Below are positions 23,173 to 33,422 of a stretch of DNA of 34,877 bases, piece after piece (within the stretch, counting starts at the first letter, position 1; each line of letters begins with the position of its first letter). Under the pieces are notes generated by a model. That model made no database searches, was not told the origin of the DNA, and saw only the letters and a list, made by a program, of their open reading frames with translations. A program made the translations under genes and the position numbers. Source of the stretch: Guillardia theta CCMP2712 (lineage: Eukaryota > Protista > Cryptophyta). The stretch covers positions 191,121 to 225,997 of the forward strand of contig NW_005434571.1 of assembly GCF_000315625.1 (NCBI RefSeq), read 5' to 3'.

Positions 23173-24762
23173 ATGGCGCGGCACAAGCGGCCTGCCATCC
23201 TCCGTCATCACAGTTCTGTTGTTGATCCTCTACTGACTGGCACGCCGGGCTCGTCGTCCCACTTTCCTCACACAGGCCTTGTGTCCCAAGAGAGCTCCTC
23301 TGACTCTGAGCCACGCTCACAGCAGGAACCCCTACGGACTCCTGACATGCTGGAAGGGCAATCTCGTTCTGCAGCGTCTCCTCCGCAGGATGACTTTGCC
23401 TCCTCCGCCGCTGGATCTGGAGGAGGTTCGGGGAACCAAAGACCTCGGAAGCAGGCAAGATTTCGCCGATCCATCTCCCAGAGGACACCCACCGATCAGC
23501 CTACGGTCAATCCTACACCCCCACCGCCCCCTCCTCAACCGGCAAATCTTTTCCCAGAAGACCCTGGCACGCAATCTAGCGCAGCGGCTTACTTTCATAA
23601 TCTGCGTCCGCAAGACATGCCTTGTGGTACGTCGAATTGGCACAGAGCCCTCCCTCTCTTTGCTCAACAGGGACCACATAAGCTTCCGGCACTCCTGGCT
23701 CGTAATCCTTCCATTACAACCATCAAACACCCCAATCGCCAGACGATTGATAAATGGAAGAGTGCGCTACAGTTTACGTTAGACCTGCTACAAGGTTACC
23801 CTGACTTGCATTGCGAGGAAGCTAAGATTATCCGGAGCTTGTGGCATTGTCTCCCACTGCTCCTGCTGAGAGTGAATCCAGTTCTTGCAATCTCGCGACA
23901 AAACCGAGATGTGAGCTACCGTATCCACCATTTCCTCCAAGGGCGGCGTTGGGAGACATTGCTGAAACTAGAAGAGGGTGTTTCCTTTGACCAAGACGGC
24001 CCAGCGGTTGGCAGCGGTGGAGATCCGCAGGATGTCACGCAGCAGCCCACGGCGGGACTAACTGGGTCGGGACGAGGCACGAGACCGCGGGCACCGCAAG
24101 GTAGGCGCCAACAACCTAACCGTCAAAATGCAGGTCGCCCACAAGGACCTGACCGTGCGAGAGAGGGCGTGCAGCAGCCAGTGATGGAGAGCGAGCAGTT
24201 GGAGAAAAAGAAAATCCTCTCGGCTGTTGAGCATTACCAAAATCGGGATATGAAGAAAGCTCGACAGGCGCTTGTGGGCCATGGCCTCTCCCCAGATCCA
24301 TTTGAGCAGCTATGGCAGCAAACTCGTGAGAAATTTCCGACGAGACTGGACCCCATTCCTCCAACGCTCCTAGACGCAGTCGGCTCCTCAAGGCAAATGC
24401 TAAGTGCTCAGCTCGACGATGCCATCCGAGCCGATGAACCGGCCTCATTGCTTGACAAGATTTTAGATCAGCGAGAGGTAGGGAAATTCCTGCGGCGATT
24501 CACTGCTTCCTCGGCCCCTGATCAATTTGGTTGGCGACCATTCCAGCACCTGCGACACATTCTCAGACTGCATGATGATCACAAACAGCGATACATTAAC
24601 CTCATATTGAAGCCGATCGCGCTGGGAATCCCTTCGGGCGCTTTCCTCGAGGAATACACCAGAGGGGGGCGATTCATTCCTGCTGCCAAGTCAGTGGAAA
24701 AGAGCGGAATCCGACCTATTGTGATAGGGGACCTGGAGCGAAGGATTGTGTCTAGCATCTTC
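23173..24762 (+). mobile_element. 5' part of a CRE-like (R2-group) non-LTR retrotransposon ORF, truncated in RT subdomain 2
   Basis: Intronless ORF with SAPDQFGWRPFQHL (RT region 0) and RFIPAAK...GIRPIVIGDLERRIVS (RT1-2), plus upstream LPLLLLR / RIHHFLQGRRW motifs. No YxDD or endonuclease follows. The last ~33 aa of the ORF are read-through into the neighbouring element. Confidence 0.8.
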
Positions 24763-24994
24763 TGTTGTTGTATCCATGAGGATCCGGAACCACGGATACT
24801 CGTCGGATACTCTGCCGGATATTCCCTATATAGGCGGACGCATCTCGTGCGGACGGCCTCCTGAATTTCCCCCACTTGCATGCACAGTGAGTGTGGTGGT
24901 TGTGCGTAGTTTACCTCCTAGTAAACTTAGAGACTTCTATTTCCTGCTTCTCAAGCTGCTACCGTACCTGGTAAGAGAGGGCTGGGGCGAAGAC

Positions 24995-25055
24995 CAGCGG
25001 CAGGAGGAGCAAGTGATGCTCCCCTCTCGTTGCCTGCCGCTGCTACTCGTTTCCC
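24995..25055 (-). promoter_or_regulatory. -1 programmed ribosomal frameshift signal
   Basis: In-frame G GGA AAC heptamer (25055-25049), 6-nt spacer containing the gag stop, then a 10-bp perfect stem CAGCGGCAGG/CCTGCCGCTG with inner GGAGCA/TGCTCC hairpin. Confidence 0.75.
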
Positions 25056-26588
25056 GCACGCGTCGCGAGCGGTTGAAGAGCAGCTAAAAGCTGAACATGC
25101 TGTTCATGCTGGGTTGCCATGAGTTTCTCATGGCGCTCCTGCTGGAGGGCGACTTCGCGCTTGTACTGCTCGCAGTCCGGCTTGATGTGACCCGGTTCTT
25201 GACAGTAAAAACAACGGATGGATTTCTGCTTGCGCTGGTTTTCTTTACCGTTGGACTTCTTCTTGTTCTGCCCACCGTTGGCTTTGGCCTTAGTGTGCGA
25301 AGAGGTCTGCGCAGCGTTAGCAGCAGCTGAGTTAGGCTGCTTAGACACTGTTAGCGGTTCACCATCGTCCAGAAGAGCTGTGATGAAAGTGACTAGGCGA
25401 GAGAACATGTCTTCTCCGTGTCCATACTGACTGCGATAAATCGTAAACCATGTGTGGATAGACGTGCGCGTCGGCGTATGCGAAAATCCCTTGATGAATT
25501 TCCGGAGTGGCTGATCGTTGAAGTACAGGATGGCGGACCCTACCTGCGATTCGAGCGTTGCGAAGAGTGTCGTGGCGCGAGTCAAGTACGCCCAGGCGGA
25601 TTCGTTGGGCTGCTGCTTGAGCTGATCAAGCTGAGTCTGATAGTTCTTGGCTTGCCGCATTGGGGCTAGACACGAACATAGATGAGTTGAAAATTCATCC
25701 CATTTAAGCTTGTTGATGGCCTCGAGACTCTTTCCGTACTTACGTTCTACCACGACCATCACTTCGTTGGTGAACAACGGCGTGATGCTCTTCACCCATT
25801 TGCGAGTTGGGATCTCTTGAGCGATTAATTCGCGGTTGCACTGACGAAGGAATTCTTCGACAGAGCGAGGATCAGCAAAACCTTTGTACATCGGAATGCG
25901 GCTGGAATTGAAACTCTTGGAGTTCGTTAGCACATTCACGAGAGTCCGATTGGAGAGGACTGGTTCCTGATCAGAGGATTCAGCGCTAGCTGATTCCTCA
26001 GCTGAATAGATATCAGCGTTAGCATCTTGCAGGGTAACTTTCCGTGCGAGATGCGGGAGCTCTGGTGTTGCAGCAGCGTCGGCTGTCGCAAATTCGTCGG
26101 CAGCATTGGCGAGCATGTGGAAACGCTCGCCGGCCCTGCATGGTGTCAGCCAGGAGGGCACACATTCGACGAAGAAGGAGAAGAGCTCGGTCCTGCGCCA
26201 CTGGCGAGGACATGACGGGGTCGGATGAAAAATTTTCCGAGCTTGGCAGACGTACCGATGTTGCAGGGGAGGCTGCTCTCTGAGTTGCCTCCTCTGATCG
26301 CAGAATACTTCGCAAGGGAGTATCCCTCTTGTTTCGGGCCCGTTGATCCGCGCTAGACAGCGCTTCACGTTGTACATCTCCATCCCTATAAGTTTGAGTC
26401 AAAGATCCACTGGTCTGACTCGGAGAAAGCTGCTGCTGCTGCAGCTGCAGCCGCTCGCTCCATTCGACTTCTTCCTCAGAACTCTCTTCAGCAATTTCTG
26501 TTTGAAATGCTCCTGATTGCTTAGATCGAGGTTGAGGGCCCCTTTCCGGCTGAGGTTTCTTTCCTCCTCTTCCTTGTTTCGAGGTCAT
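25043..26588 (-). CDS. gag: Retrotransposon Gag (capsid + CCHC zinc knuckle), split by an apparent frameshift near 26130
   Basis: CFYCQEPGHIKPDC (CX2CX4HX4C) and capsid-like ...SVEEFLRQC...LKWDEFSTHL...LKQQPNESAWAYLTRATTL...FIKG. ATG 26588 directly after the PBS opens a frame that overlaps ORF 25043-26383. Confidence 0.85.
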
Positions 26589-26687
26589 GAATCAACCACT
26601 TCGCTTCCAGAATGTTGTATACACAACACAGAGATTGTCAACGACACGAGTAAAGTAAGGATGAAGAAGACTCAAAATTAAGTTAAG

Positions 26688-27700
26688 GGCCAACTTCACG
26701 GTGGCACTGCACTATCAGTCACTGAATCATATCAACGGCGTGACGGGCCCGGCGCCCGGGCGCCGGGCCCTGATGAGTACCGTGACGGTAACGTTGAACG
26801 GAAGGCCCAAGCCGCCCGGGGCCCGGCCGGGCCGCGGCGCGGCGCTCCCGGCCCGGCCCGAACTTCGGAACTTCCCGCCGGGCCGCCCCGGCGGGCGTGG
26901 AGCCGGGAGCCGCGCCCGGCCTCGCTCAGTCGGCCCCCGCGGCGCGGCATTACCGTTAATGATGCCCCCGGGCCGCTCGGAGCCTCCGAGAGTAGTGATC
27001 GGACGGTACTGAGTGGCCGCCGGGCCAGCCTGTGGCCTGGGGCCGCGGCCCGGCACCGTCCGAGTGACCCGGCGGCGGTACTGTAATCGTTCAAGTTGGC
27101 CGGGCCGGGCACCGGTGACCGCCCGGGCCAGGCTCAGCGGCTGCCACTGCTGGCCGCAGCCGGCCGGGCTCAGCCGGCCGGGCTTGACTCAGTGAACCGT
27201 ACGGTAAGTTAGACGCTCCGCCCGCCGGGGGCCCCGGCCCGGGCCCGCGGCCCCGGGCCGCCGGCCCCAGGCTTCGGAATTTTGGAACGGTCACTCACTG
27301 TCCCGCGCGGCCCCGGACCCCCGGGCCGGCAGAGCCCGGGCCCCGGCTGAGCAGGGCCCGGCTGGCCGCGGGCCGGGCCCCCACCGTCACGGTAACTGTG
27401 GGCCAACCGTTGGTCCGTTCAACCGCCGCCGGGCGGCCGTGAACAGTCACGTTGACGGTACGGTCCGCCGCGGCCCGGGGCCGCGCAGAGTCAATCGCCG
27501 GGCCTCGGAGCCGCCTCGGCCGCCGACTCGGAGGCGTGCCGCCCGGCCCGGCCCCTGACAGTCGGTCCGATGTTCAGCGGCCGGGCGTCCGAGCGCGGCC
27601 TCCGAGCACGGTGACCGTTGGCGGCCGCCACCGGTGAGTCCGATCCTAGTAGGTGTGTCCTACTGGGGTCGCAGCGGCGGCCGGGGCGTGACTCATCAGC
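26688..27700. repeat. GC-rich scrambled low-complexity block 2
   Basis: Same word vocabulary as 7635-8360; no long alignable match seen by eye. Confidence 0.8.
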
Positions 27701-27940
27701 CTACGAAGAGGCCAGGGTGCAGACTTGGCGACCAGGCACGGGGGTAACTGGGGGACAGTGTGTAGACTCTAGAAAGTCATTCAGCCGTTAACCTTGTGAC
27801 ATGCGATCTTGAGGTGAAAGAAATAAGGCGCTTGGAATCTCACCACTACCCACCCGATGTAGCCCGTCGAGGGTAATTAAGGGGGTGAGGTTGTATTTCT
27901 GCATGATTTACAGCTATACCCCCACCCTCGCAAAAGTGCT

Positions 27941-29857
27941 CTAGTAGACTCTGGAAGTAGTCCGTGCACTAACGGCTGACATTCTGCTGACGTTCTCATT
28001 CTCTACAATGACAGAGTTCGGGCGACAGCTGGTGCAAGCCTCCGGTCCGATGGTCGGCTTGTACTGCGTGGAGCTGCACTTGGTGCAGGGGCCACCGTTG
28101 GGTCCGGTGTATCCGGGCTTGCACTGACAGCTTGTTGCAGAGAGGGAGTTGACAGCGCTGATAGAGTTGGCCGGGCATTCAAGGCAGCTCGTGCCCGACT
28201 TGTAGTAGTTGGCGAGGCATTGGCAATCGGCAAAGGAGGTGCTGCCGGCCTGTGCATAGGAGTGTAGAGGGCAAGGCAAGCAGTCCTTAAAGAGCGACGA
28301 TACAGTCGTCTTGTAGGTGTTTTCAGGGCACTGCACACAAGTCGGGTCGTAGTAATTGGGAAGGTACTGTCCTGCCGGGCAGCCGTTCTTCTGGCAGATT
28401 CCGTTGACGATGCTGAAGCCGGTCTGGCACTGGCAGCCCTCGACAAACATGGTTGCGGGAGAGGAGGTGGAGGCGTTGGGGCAACGGTTGCAGACGATCT
28501 CCGCGCTGACAGTTGCATAGCCCTCGGTGTTCAAAGACATGAGGACCTTGCTCACCGTTAGTTGGTAGTTGACCTCATAGACGTCAATGTTGCCGTCGAA
28601 GGAATAGATGTCGGTGCCATACTTTACCTTCATGGCACCCCCTGCAATGTCGAGAACCTTGATCCTCACGCTGGCAAACGCATTGAGCCACACGGTGCAG
28701 GAGGCGCCGGATAGCGTGAAACTGGTGGTGTAGCCGCGGTAGAGCACGCTGGAGCAGCTGCCCTCTCCAAAGACATGGATGGGGTCCGTGAAGCCGTAGT
28801 AGTTGGCAGGGCAGCCGCACCCCACCCTTGTCGGGTAGTATCCATAGTTGGTAGGGCAAGCCTGGCAGGTGTTGTCGCTGGTGGCATACTTGCCTATGGC
28901 ACAGTTCTCACACTTCCCGTTGGTCTCGATGGTGTTGTTAGAGCAAAGGCATTGAGAAATGCCCTCTGCCGCGTACTTGGAGACCCTCCCTGAAGGGCAG
29001 GGGTAGCAGAAGCCGGGTTCGGAGCCGGATCTGTAGTAATTGATGGGGCAGACTGAGCAGGCGCTGCTGTTGTAGCCCGTGTGGCCTTTGAGGCACTGGC
29101 ATTGGAAGACGCTGTTGCTGTAGGGCGGAGCGTAGGAGTTCAGAGGGCAATCGATGCACTCTCTCGTGGTGAGATCGAGGTACTTGCCATTGTCGCATCC
29201 AAGACACACCCCGGGGCTTGCCTCATAGGCGTAGTCCGCACACAACACGCAGGTCTCTACGGTAAAGACCCCCTGCACTGCCGAGGTGTAGTTCTGAGGG
29301 CAAGTCCCAAGGTCGTACATCTGGCACTGGATGTCCTGTGTGAAAGTGCAGTCGGCCACCTTCTGATAGCCAAAGGGGCAGGAGGCAGAGCAGGGGTTGC
29401 ACCTGACATTCTGAGTGTCCGAGCATTCTGAGACGCGGTAGTGGTTGGCGGGACAGGCAGCACAGTCCTTGCACAGCGTGTTGTTGTACTGGCTGCAAGG
29501 GGAGGCAAGGTACTGGTTTGGACCGCAGGCAGAGCACGACTTGCATACGAGGTCCTGATAAGGGTTGCAGGGAGACGCAATATATTCCGTGGGCAGGCAG
29601 CTAGACTTGCAGGGGATGCAGTAGGTGTCATCGTACCTTTGGCTCCCCTTGCCACAGGGCCTGAAGGGGTCAGCAAAGAAGCCATTGTCGCAGATGGAGC
29701 ACTGCTTGCAGGTGTTGATGAATGTCTCACAGATGGAGAAGTGATTGTCAGGGCACTGCAGACAGTCTACGCATACCGTGTCCTTATTGGCGTTGCAAAC
29801 CTCCGCCAGCCCCTTGTTATCCTTTTTGCTGCAGCCCTTGCACAGGACTGCATTCAA
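27941..29857 (-). pseudogene. Intronless Cys-rich surface-protein fragment (TNFR-like repeats, then GCC2_GCC3/ephrin-receptor-like repeats)
   Basis: 638 codons with repeated CxxCxxCxxxxYxxxxCxxxxDxxC and CxxCPxNxYxxxxSxxxxxCxC. It lacks an ATG (starts at TTG), signal peptide and TM, and both ends look frameshifted or truncated. Confidence 0.75.
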
Positions 29858-29879
29858 GCTGCTCCCAAGTACCAGGAGG

Positions 29880-30277
29880 TGTCGAGACAGTCCTCGACGT
29901 CGAGCGCGAGCTCAGTTGCGTCAGAGTTACAACCAGCATGCCCAAAGACGGATCAGAGCTCGAACACATCCCATTCCAGCTTGCAGATCGACTTTGAGGA
30001 GCAACAAACTGCTGCTCAGCCTAAGGATTGCGAGCCGGAATCTTGCTCAACAGTGCAGCCGTACTATCTTCGCTTGAAAGATTTCAAGAACATCCGCCGA
30101 GGATGTCAGACTACACCGAAAAGTGCCGATGAAATGACGTCATTCGTTTTGGAGAACATCACGACAGTTAAGAATAGGCTAGACAATCGCAGGTCCTCGT
30201 CTTATCCACTGCTGCGCAAGAAATCATGGACGGTTGACTCGGACATACTTTTCTTGCCAAACATGCGCACCGTGTAA
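29880..30277 (+). pseudogene. Orphan 3' fragment of an unknown protein gene
   Basis: Open, protein-like frame SRQSSTSSASS...YYLRLKDFKNIRRG...LLRKKSWTVDSDILFLPNMRTV* followed by AT-rich UTR-like DNA. Its 5' side is just the antisense of the Cys-rich ORF. Confidence 0.4.
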
Positions 30278-30782
30278 AATGTCGCGTAGTAAGAAGCATA
30301 GTTTGCATGTATTCTTGTTTGTAAATATATGTTTGTCCTTCTCAAAGATTGTTTTCTGCCTAGTATCTTGTCCATACGTGCAGTTTCCTCTCTACGAGAT
30401 TTCGTTGTGAAAATATCTTTCTACGTCATCAGCAGTAATCAAGGAGTCTCATAGAGTATCATTTGAAATGGCTGGTGTGTTCTCGGCAGCAGCTGCGGTC
30501 TCCATTAAAAGTTGCTATCACAACAGAAGGGGGAAAGCATGAAACAAACCACCGATGAAACAAACCAGTCAGAAAGATTTGCAACATGTGAACAAAACCA
30601 TTGCTGCTCGTCTCTCAGACTCTTGATGCTACATCAGCCCGTTGACCTTGTCTTTCAGACGATTTATTAGAAGGTTGATATCAGGTCCTAGAATAACTGT
30701 CACTCTCAATGTCTTTCACGTCCTCTGTTCTCCTCCTGGCAACCCATGTCAAGCAGCAGCGCCAAGTGGTGTCGCTCGCCCC

Positions 30783-33089
30783 TCAGATCTCCTCGCATGG
30801 CAGCCAGTATCTCGCTGGCTTGTCATGGGATCGCTTCATGATGCCGTTGTCGACGAGTTTGGTCAGGTTGCTCGTCACGAAGTTGAGGGAGGCCGCCTCT
30901 CCCTCCGACACGCTCTTGTTCCACTCATCGCAATACTCGCGGGCCGTCAACCCCACCGCGAAGTCGTCCTCAGTCAGCTCCTGCATGTAGGACTCGAAGC
31001 TCTCCGCATGCCTCTTAGCCAGCTCAATGAGCTTGCTGGCCACTGGGTTGCTTCTCATGCGACGGTCGAGCCATCGGCGTCCCGCTCGCTCCTGGCCCGG
31101 CTGGGGGCGGGAGTAGGAGACGTCCAAGCTGAGCATGTCCTTCTTCTGACCGATGGGCTTCCGCTGGCGGAAGGTAAAGTTGGCCTTGTCCGTGTACTGA
31201 GCGGAGCTCGAAAGCGCTTCTGGCAGCATCATGCCTTCAGCTAGCTTCGTCTCCATCTCAAGGAGCCACTGCGGGTAAGCCTGGGCCGTGTCGTAGTCCA
31301 TGGCGTAGGTGAGGACGGTGACATGGGAGAAGCCGTTGCTCTCGAGCGTGCTGTTCTGGTACGTCGCTCTCCCCATCGCCTGCACCATCTTCTCAATGCT
31401 CATGGCTGTTCCCAAGGCGCAGATGAGGTGGGTGGGGACGCGGAGGGAGCTCCTGAAGGAGTCCCCCCGGATCATCTGCGAGTAGCCGACAATGACAAGA
31501 GGAGTGTCGAGCCCGGCGTGTCGGTCGACCATCTCGATGGCCTGACTGACTGAGATCTGCGGCTTCGTGTTCAGCTCATCCTTGCTCGGAGCCGGGCCGT
31601 TGAGTGGAGCCTTAGGGGCAGGCGGAGGGAAGTAGGAGATGCCTCGGGGTCCTCCCACGATGACGAGGGCGGCGACGTGCGGGTAGTCCCGCTGGAGGCT
31701 GGTGGCGAGGTCGAAGACGTTGTTGATAGCGTTGACCCGGCTGTTGTTCATGACGAGCGTAAGAGACTTGTCCTTGCTAAAGGCCTGCCGGAACATCTCG
31801 TCCGTCAGATCGTTGCAGTAGAGGTTGCTGGGCTTGAGGTCCCCGTACTCGATGAACTGCTCCTCCCCGTCCACCACCAGGGGCTTGAAGTCAACCACCC
31901 CGATGTAGTCCCCCTCCGGCTTCGTGTAGAGGATCGACTGTGTGTCGACCCCGCCGCGCTTGTCCTGGAGGTGGAGGAAGACCGGGACGAGCGTCGCAGA
32001 GACGTTCCAGCGGAGCACCAGGTGGGCGACTCCTCGAAGCTGATCCAGGGCCTCCTCTAGCTGGGTAATCCGGCTCTGCCTGCGGCACAGCGACTCCTCG
32101 TCGTCAGCTCCCACGAGCGCACGGCGGTTGCGATAGAAGGAGTCTGCCTCGTCCATGATGAGCTGGCATGGATACTCGGCCGGGTTCGTCTGCTGGAGGA
32201 TGGAGCACATCTGGCGGATACGATAGGCCGAGTCAGGGAGCGTGCAGCAGCCGGTCTGGAGGTACTTGAGGAGGATGCCGGGGTAGGCAGTGGGCCTCTG
32301 AACGGCCGTAAGACAGATGCACTCTATCCCCAGCTTCTTGTCCACCAGCCTGCCCAGCTCGGCGTTGATCTTGTCTGTCAGGGTCTGCACCCCGCGGTGG
32401 GTGGTGGAGAGGAGGATGGTCCCGATGCCCAGCAGCCCTGCTGTGATGATACCAAGGACCTTGATCTTGGTCTTTCCGTTCTGCGTTACCCCACCTGCTA
32501 TGATCTCCGGCAGGTCTCCTCCCTCCGACACGTCGAACCTCTTCCATCCTCCCCGCTCCCTCGCGCTCTTGAGCTTCCTGACCGCCATGCGCACAGCTGC
32601 GGCGACGTCGAAGCGGTAGCTCGCCATCTTGCGGACAGTCGCAGGATCTCCGTCCGGGAACACGATTCCCAGCACGCGCTTGACGATCTCGTCCTCCGAC
32701 ATGTCGATGGACAATCGCCTTGCCATGTCCCGCTGATTCAGGCGGGTTTGGTCGCCAAGCTCCGGGGGCAAGGACGACACGTCCAGCTCCTCCTCACTCT
32801 CCGTATCCATGAAATACTCGTCAGACTGATCGGAGTCAGACGAGTCAGGAGTCCGTCGCTTTCTGACAAGAGCAGAAGCAGGAGGAGACGACGCCGGCGT
32901 CGCCTCGACGGCAAGCCTAGGGTCACCCTGTGAGCTGGAGGTCGAGCATGCAGAGCCCGGAGGAACTGAGAGAGGGGGGGCAGAGGAAGCGATCAGTTTC
33001 TGGATGAGATCAAAGGTAATGATGCCATTGCTGATCCACTGCTTGAGCTGCGTCTCCGCTGCCGCTGCTTCGTTACAAGCGCTCGCCAT
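30783..33089 (-). CDS. Intronless SF2 helicase-like P-loop ATPase with C-terminal winged helix
   Basis: 768 aa. Walker A GVTQNGKT, Walker B LIMDEAD, motif III SAT, motif V-like MIRGDSF and motif VI QAMGRA. C-terminus LTAREY...VTSNLTKLVDNGIMKRSHDKPARYW is wHTH-like. Strong GC3 coding bias. Confidence 0.85.
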   Translation of the reverse strand: MASACNEAAAAETQLKQWISNGIITFDLIQKLIASSAPPLSVPPGSACSTSSSQGDPRLAVEATPASSPPASALVRKRRTPDSSDSDQSDEYFMDTESEEELDVSSLPPELGDQTRLNQRDMARRLSIDMSEDEIVKRVLGIVFPDGDPATVRKMASYRFDVAAAVRMAVRKLKSARERGGWKRFDVSEGGDLPEIIAGGVTQNGKTKIKVLGIITAGLLGIGTILLSTTHRGVQTLTDKINAELGRLVDKKLGIECICLTAVQRPTAYPGILLKYLQTGCCTLPDSAYRIRQMCSILQQTNPAEYPCQLIMDEADSFYRNRRALVGADDEESLCRRQSRITQLEEALDQLRGVAHLVLRWNVSATLVPVFLHLQDKRGGVDTQSILYTKPEGDYIGVVDFKPLVVDGEEQFIEYGDLKPSNLYCNDLTDEMFRQAFSKDKSLTLVMNNSRVNAINNVFDLATSLQRDYPHVAALVIVGGPRGISYFPPPAPKAPLNGPAPSKDELNTKPQISVSQAIEMVDRHAGLDTPLVIVGYSQMIRGDSFRSSLRVPTHLICALGTAMSIEKMVQAMGRATYQNSTLESNGFSHVTVLTYAMDYDTAQAYPQWLLEMETKLAEGMMLPEALSSSAQYTDKANFTFRQRKPIGQKKDMLSLDVSYSRPQPGQERAGRRWLDRRMRSNPVASKLIELAKRHAESFESYMQELTEDDFAVGLTAREYCDEWNKSVSEGEAASLNFVTSNLTKLVDNGIMKRSHDKPARYWLPCEEI

Positions 33090-33236
33090 TTTGTCACTGA
33101 AGGTAGGTTGTTTTTTTCTGTTTGATGCTCAATGAGATAAGTAGAGGAAGGAGAAGGACAAGTCAACGAGAAAGAGAGGAGGTAGAAGGGGACTTAGTCT
33201 GAAGGATTCAGCGAGAGCTGCTGAGAGCGTGGGGTG

Positions 33237-33387
33237 NNNNNNNNNNNNNNNNNNNNNNNNNNNNNNNNNNNNNNNNNNNNNNNNNNNNNNNNNNNNNNNN
33301 NNNNNNNNNNNNNNNNNNNNNNNNNNNNNNNNNNNNCTTTTTTTAAAAAAAAAAAAAAAAAAAAAAGTTTCCCCCGGGGTTTCCCCC

Positions 33388-33421
<34 letters not shown>
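33237..33421. other. Assembly gap (100 N) plus low-quality homopolymer contig edge
   Basis: N run 33237-33336 followed by poly-A/poly-G runs. Confidence 0.95.

Positions 33422-33422
<1 letters not shown>

Larger units (their letters stand above)
24763..26690 (-). mobile_element. Gag-only (non-autonomous or internally deleted) LTR retrotransposon, Ty3/gypsy-like
   Basis: On the minus strand: ...ATACAACA (ending 26613), then PBS-like TGGAAGCGAAGTGG (26609-26596), gag, a GGGAAAC frameshift site, a purine tract AAGTGGGGGAAA (24877-24866), and ~100 nt with TATATA ending ...ATACAACA(ACA). The 5' boundary is unresolved. Confidence 0.7.

Noticed and set aside
26701-27637. Pro/Gly/Arg/Ala-rich ORFs in the GC block (also 7621-8162)
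   Set aside because: Stop-poor because of composition; no protein-like features
27975-27990. TGTCAG as 5' LTR start with TTCTG target duplication
   Set aside because: The match to 24760-24764 is off-register, and TGT CAG is better explained as Cys-Gln codons of the eroded ORF
30783-30960. Z-alpha (Z-DNA binding) domain
   Set aside because: Winged-helix-like but lacks the N-x-x-L-Y and P-P-x-W signature; generic or TrmB-like wHTH preferred
33337-33421. Poly-A/poly-G tract as retro-tail or G-quadruplex element
   Set aside because: Directly abuts an N gap; probably low-quality contig end
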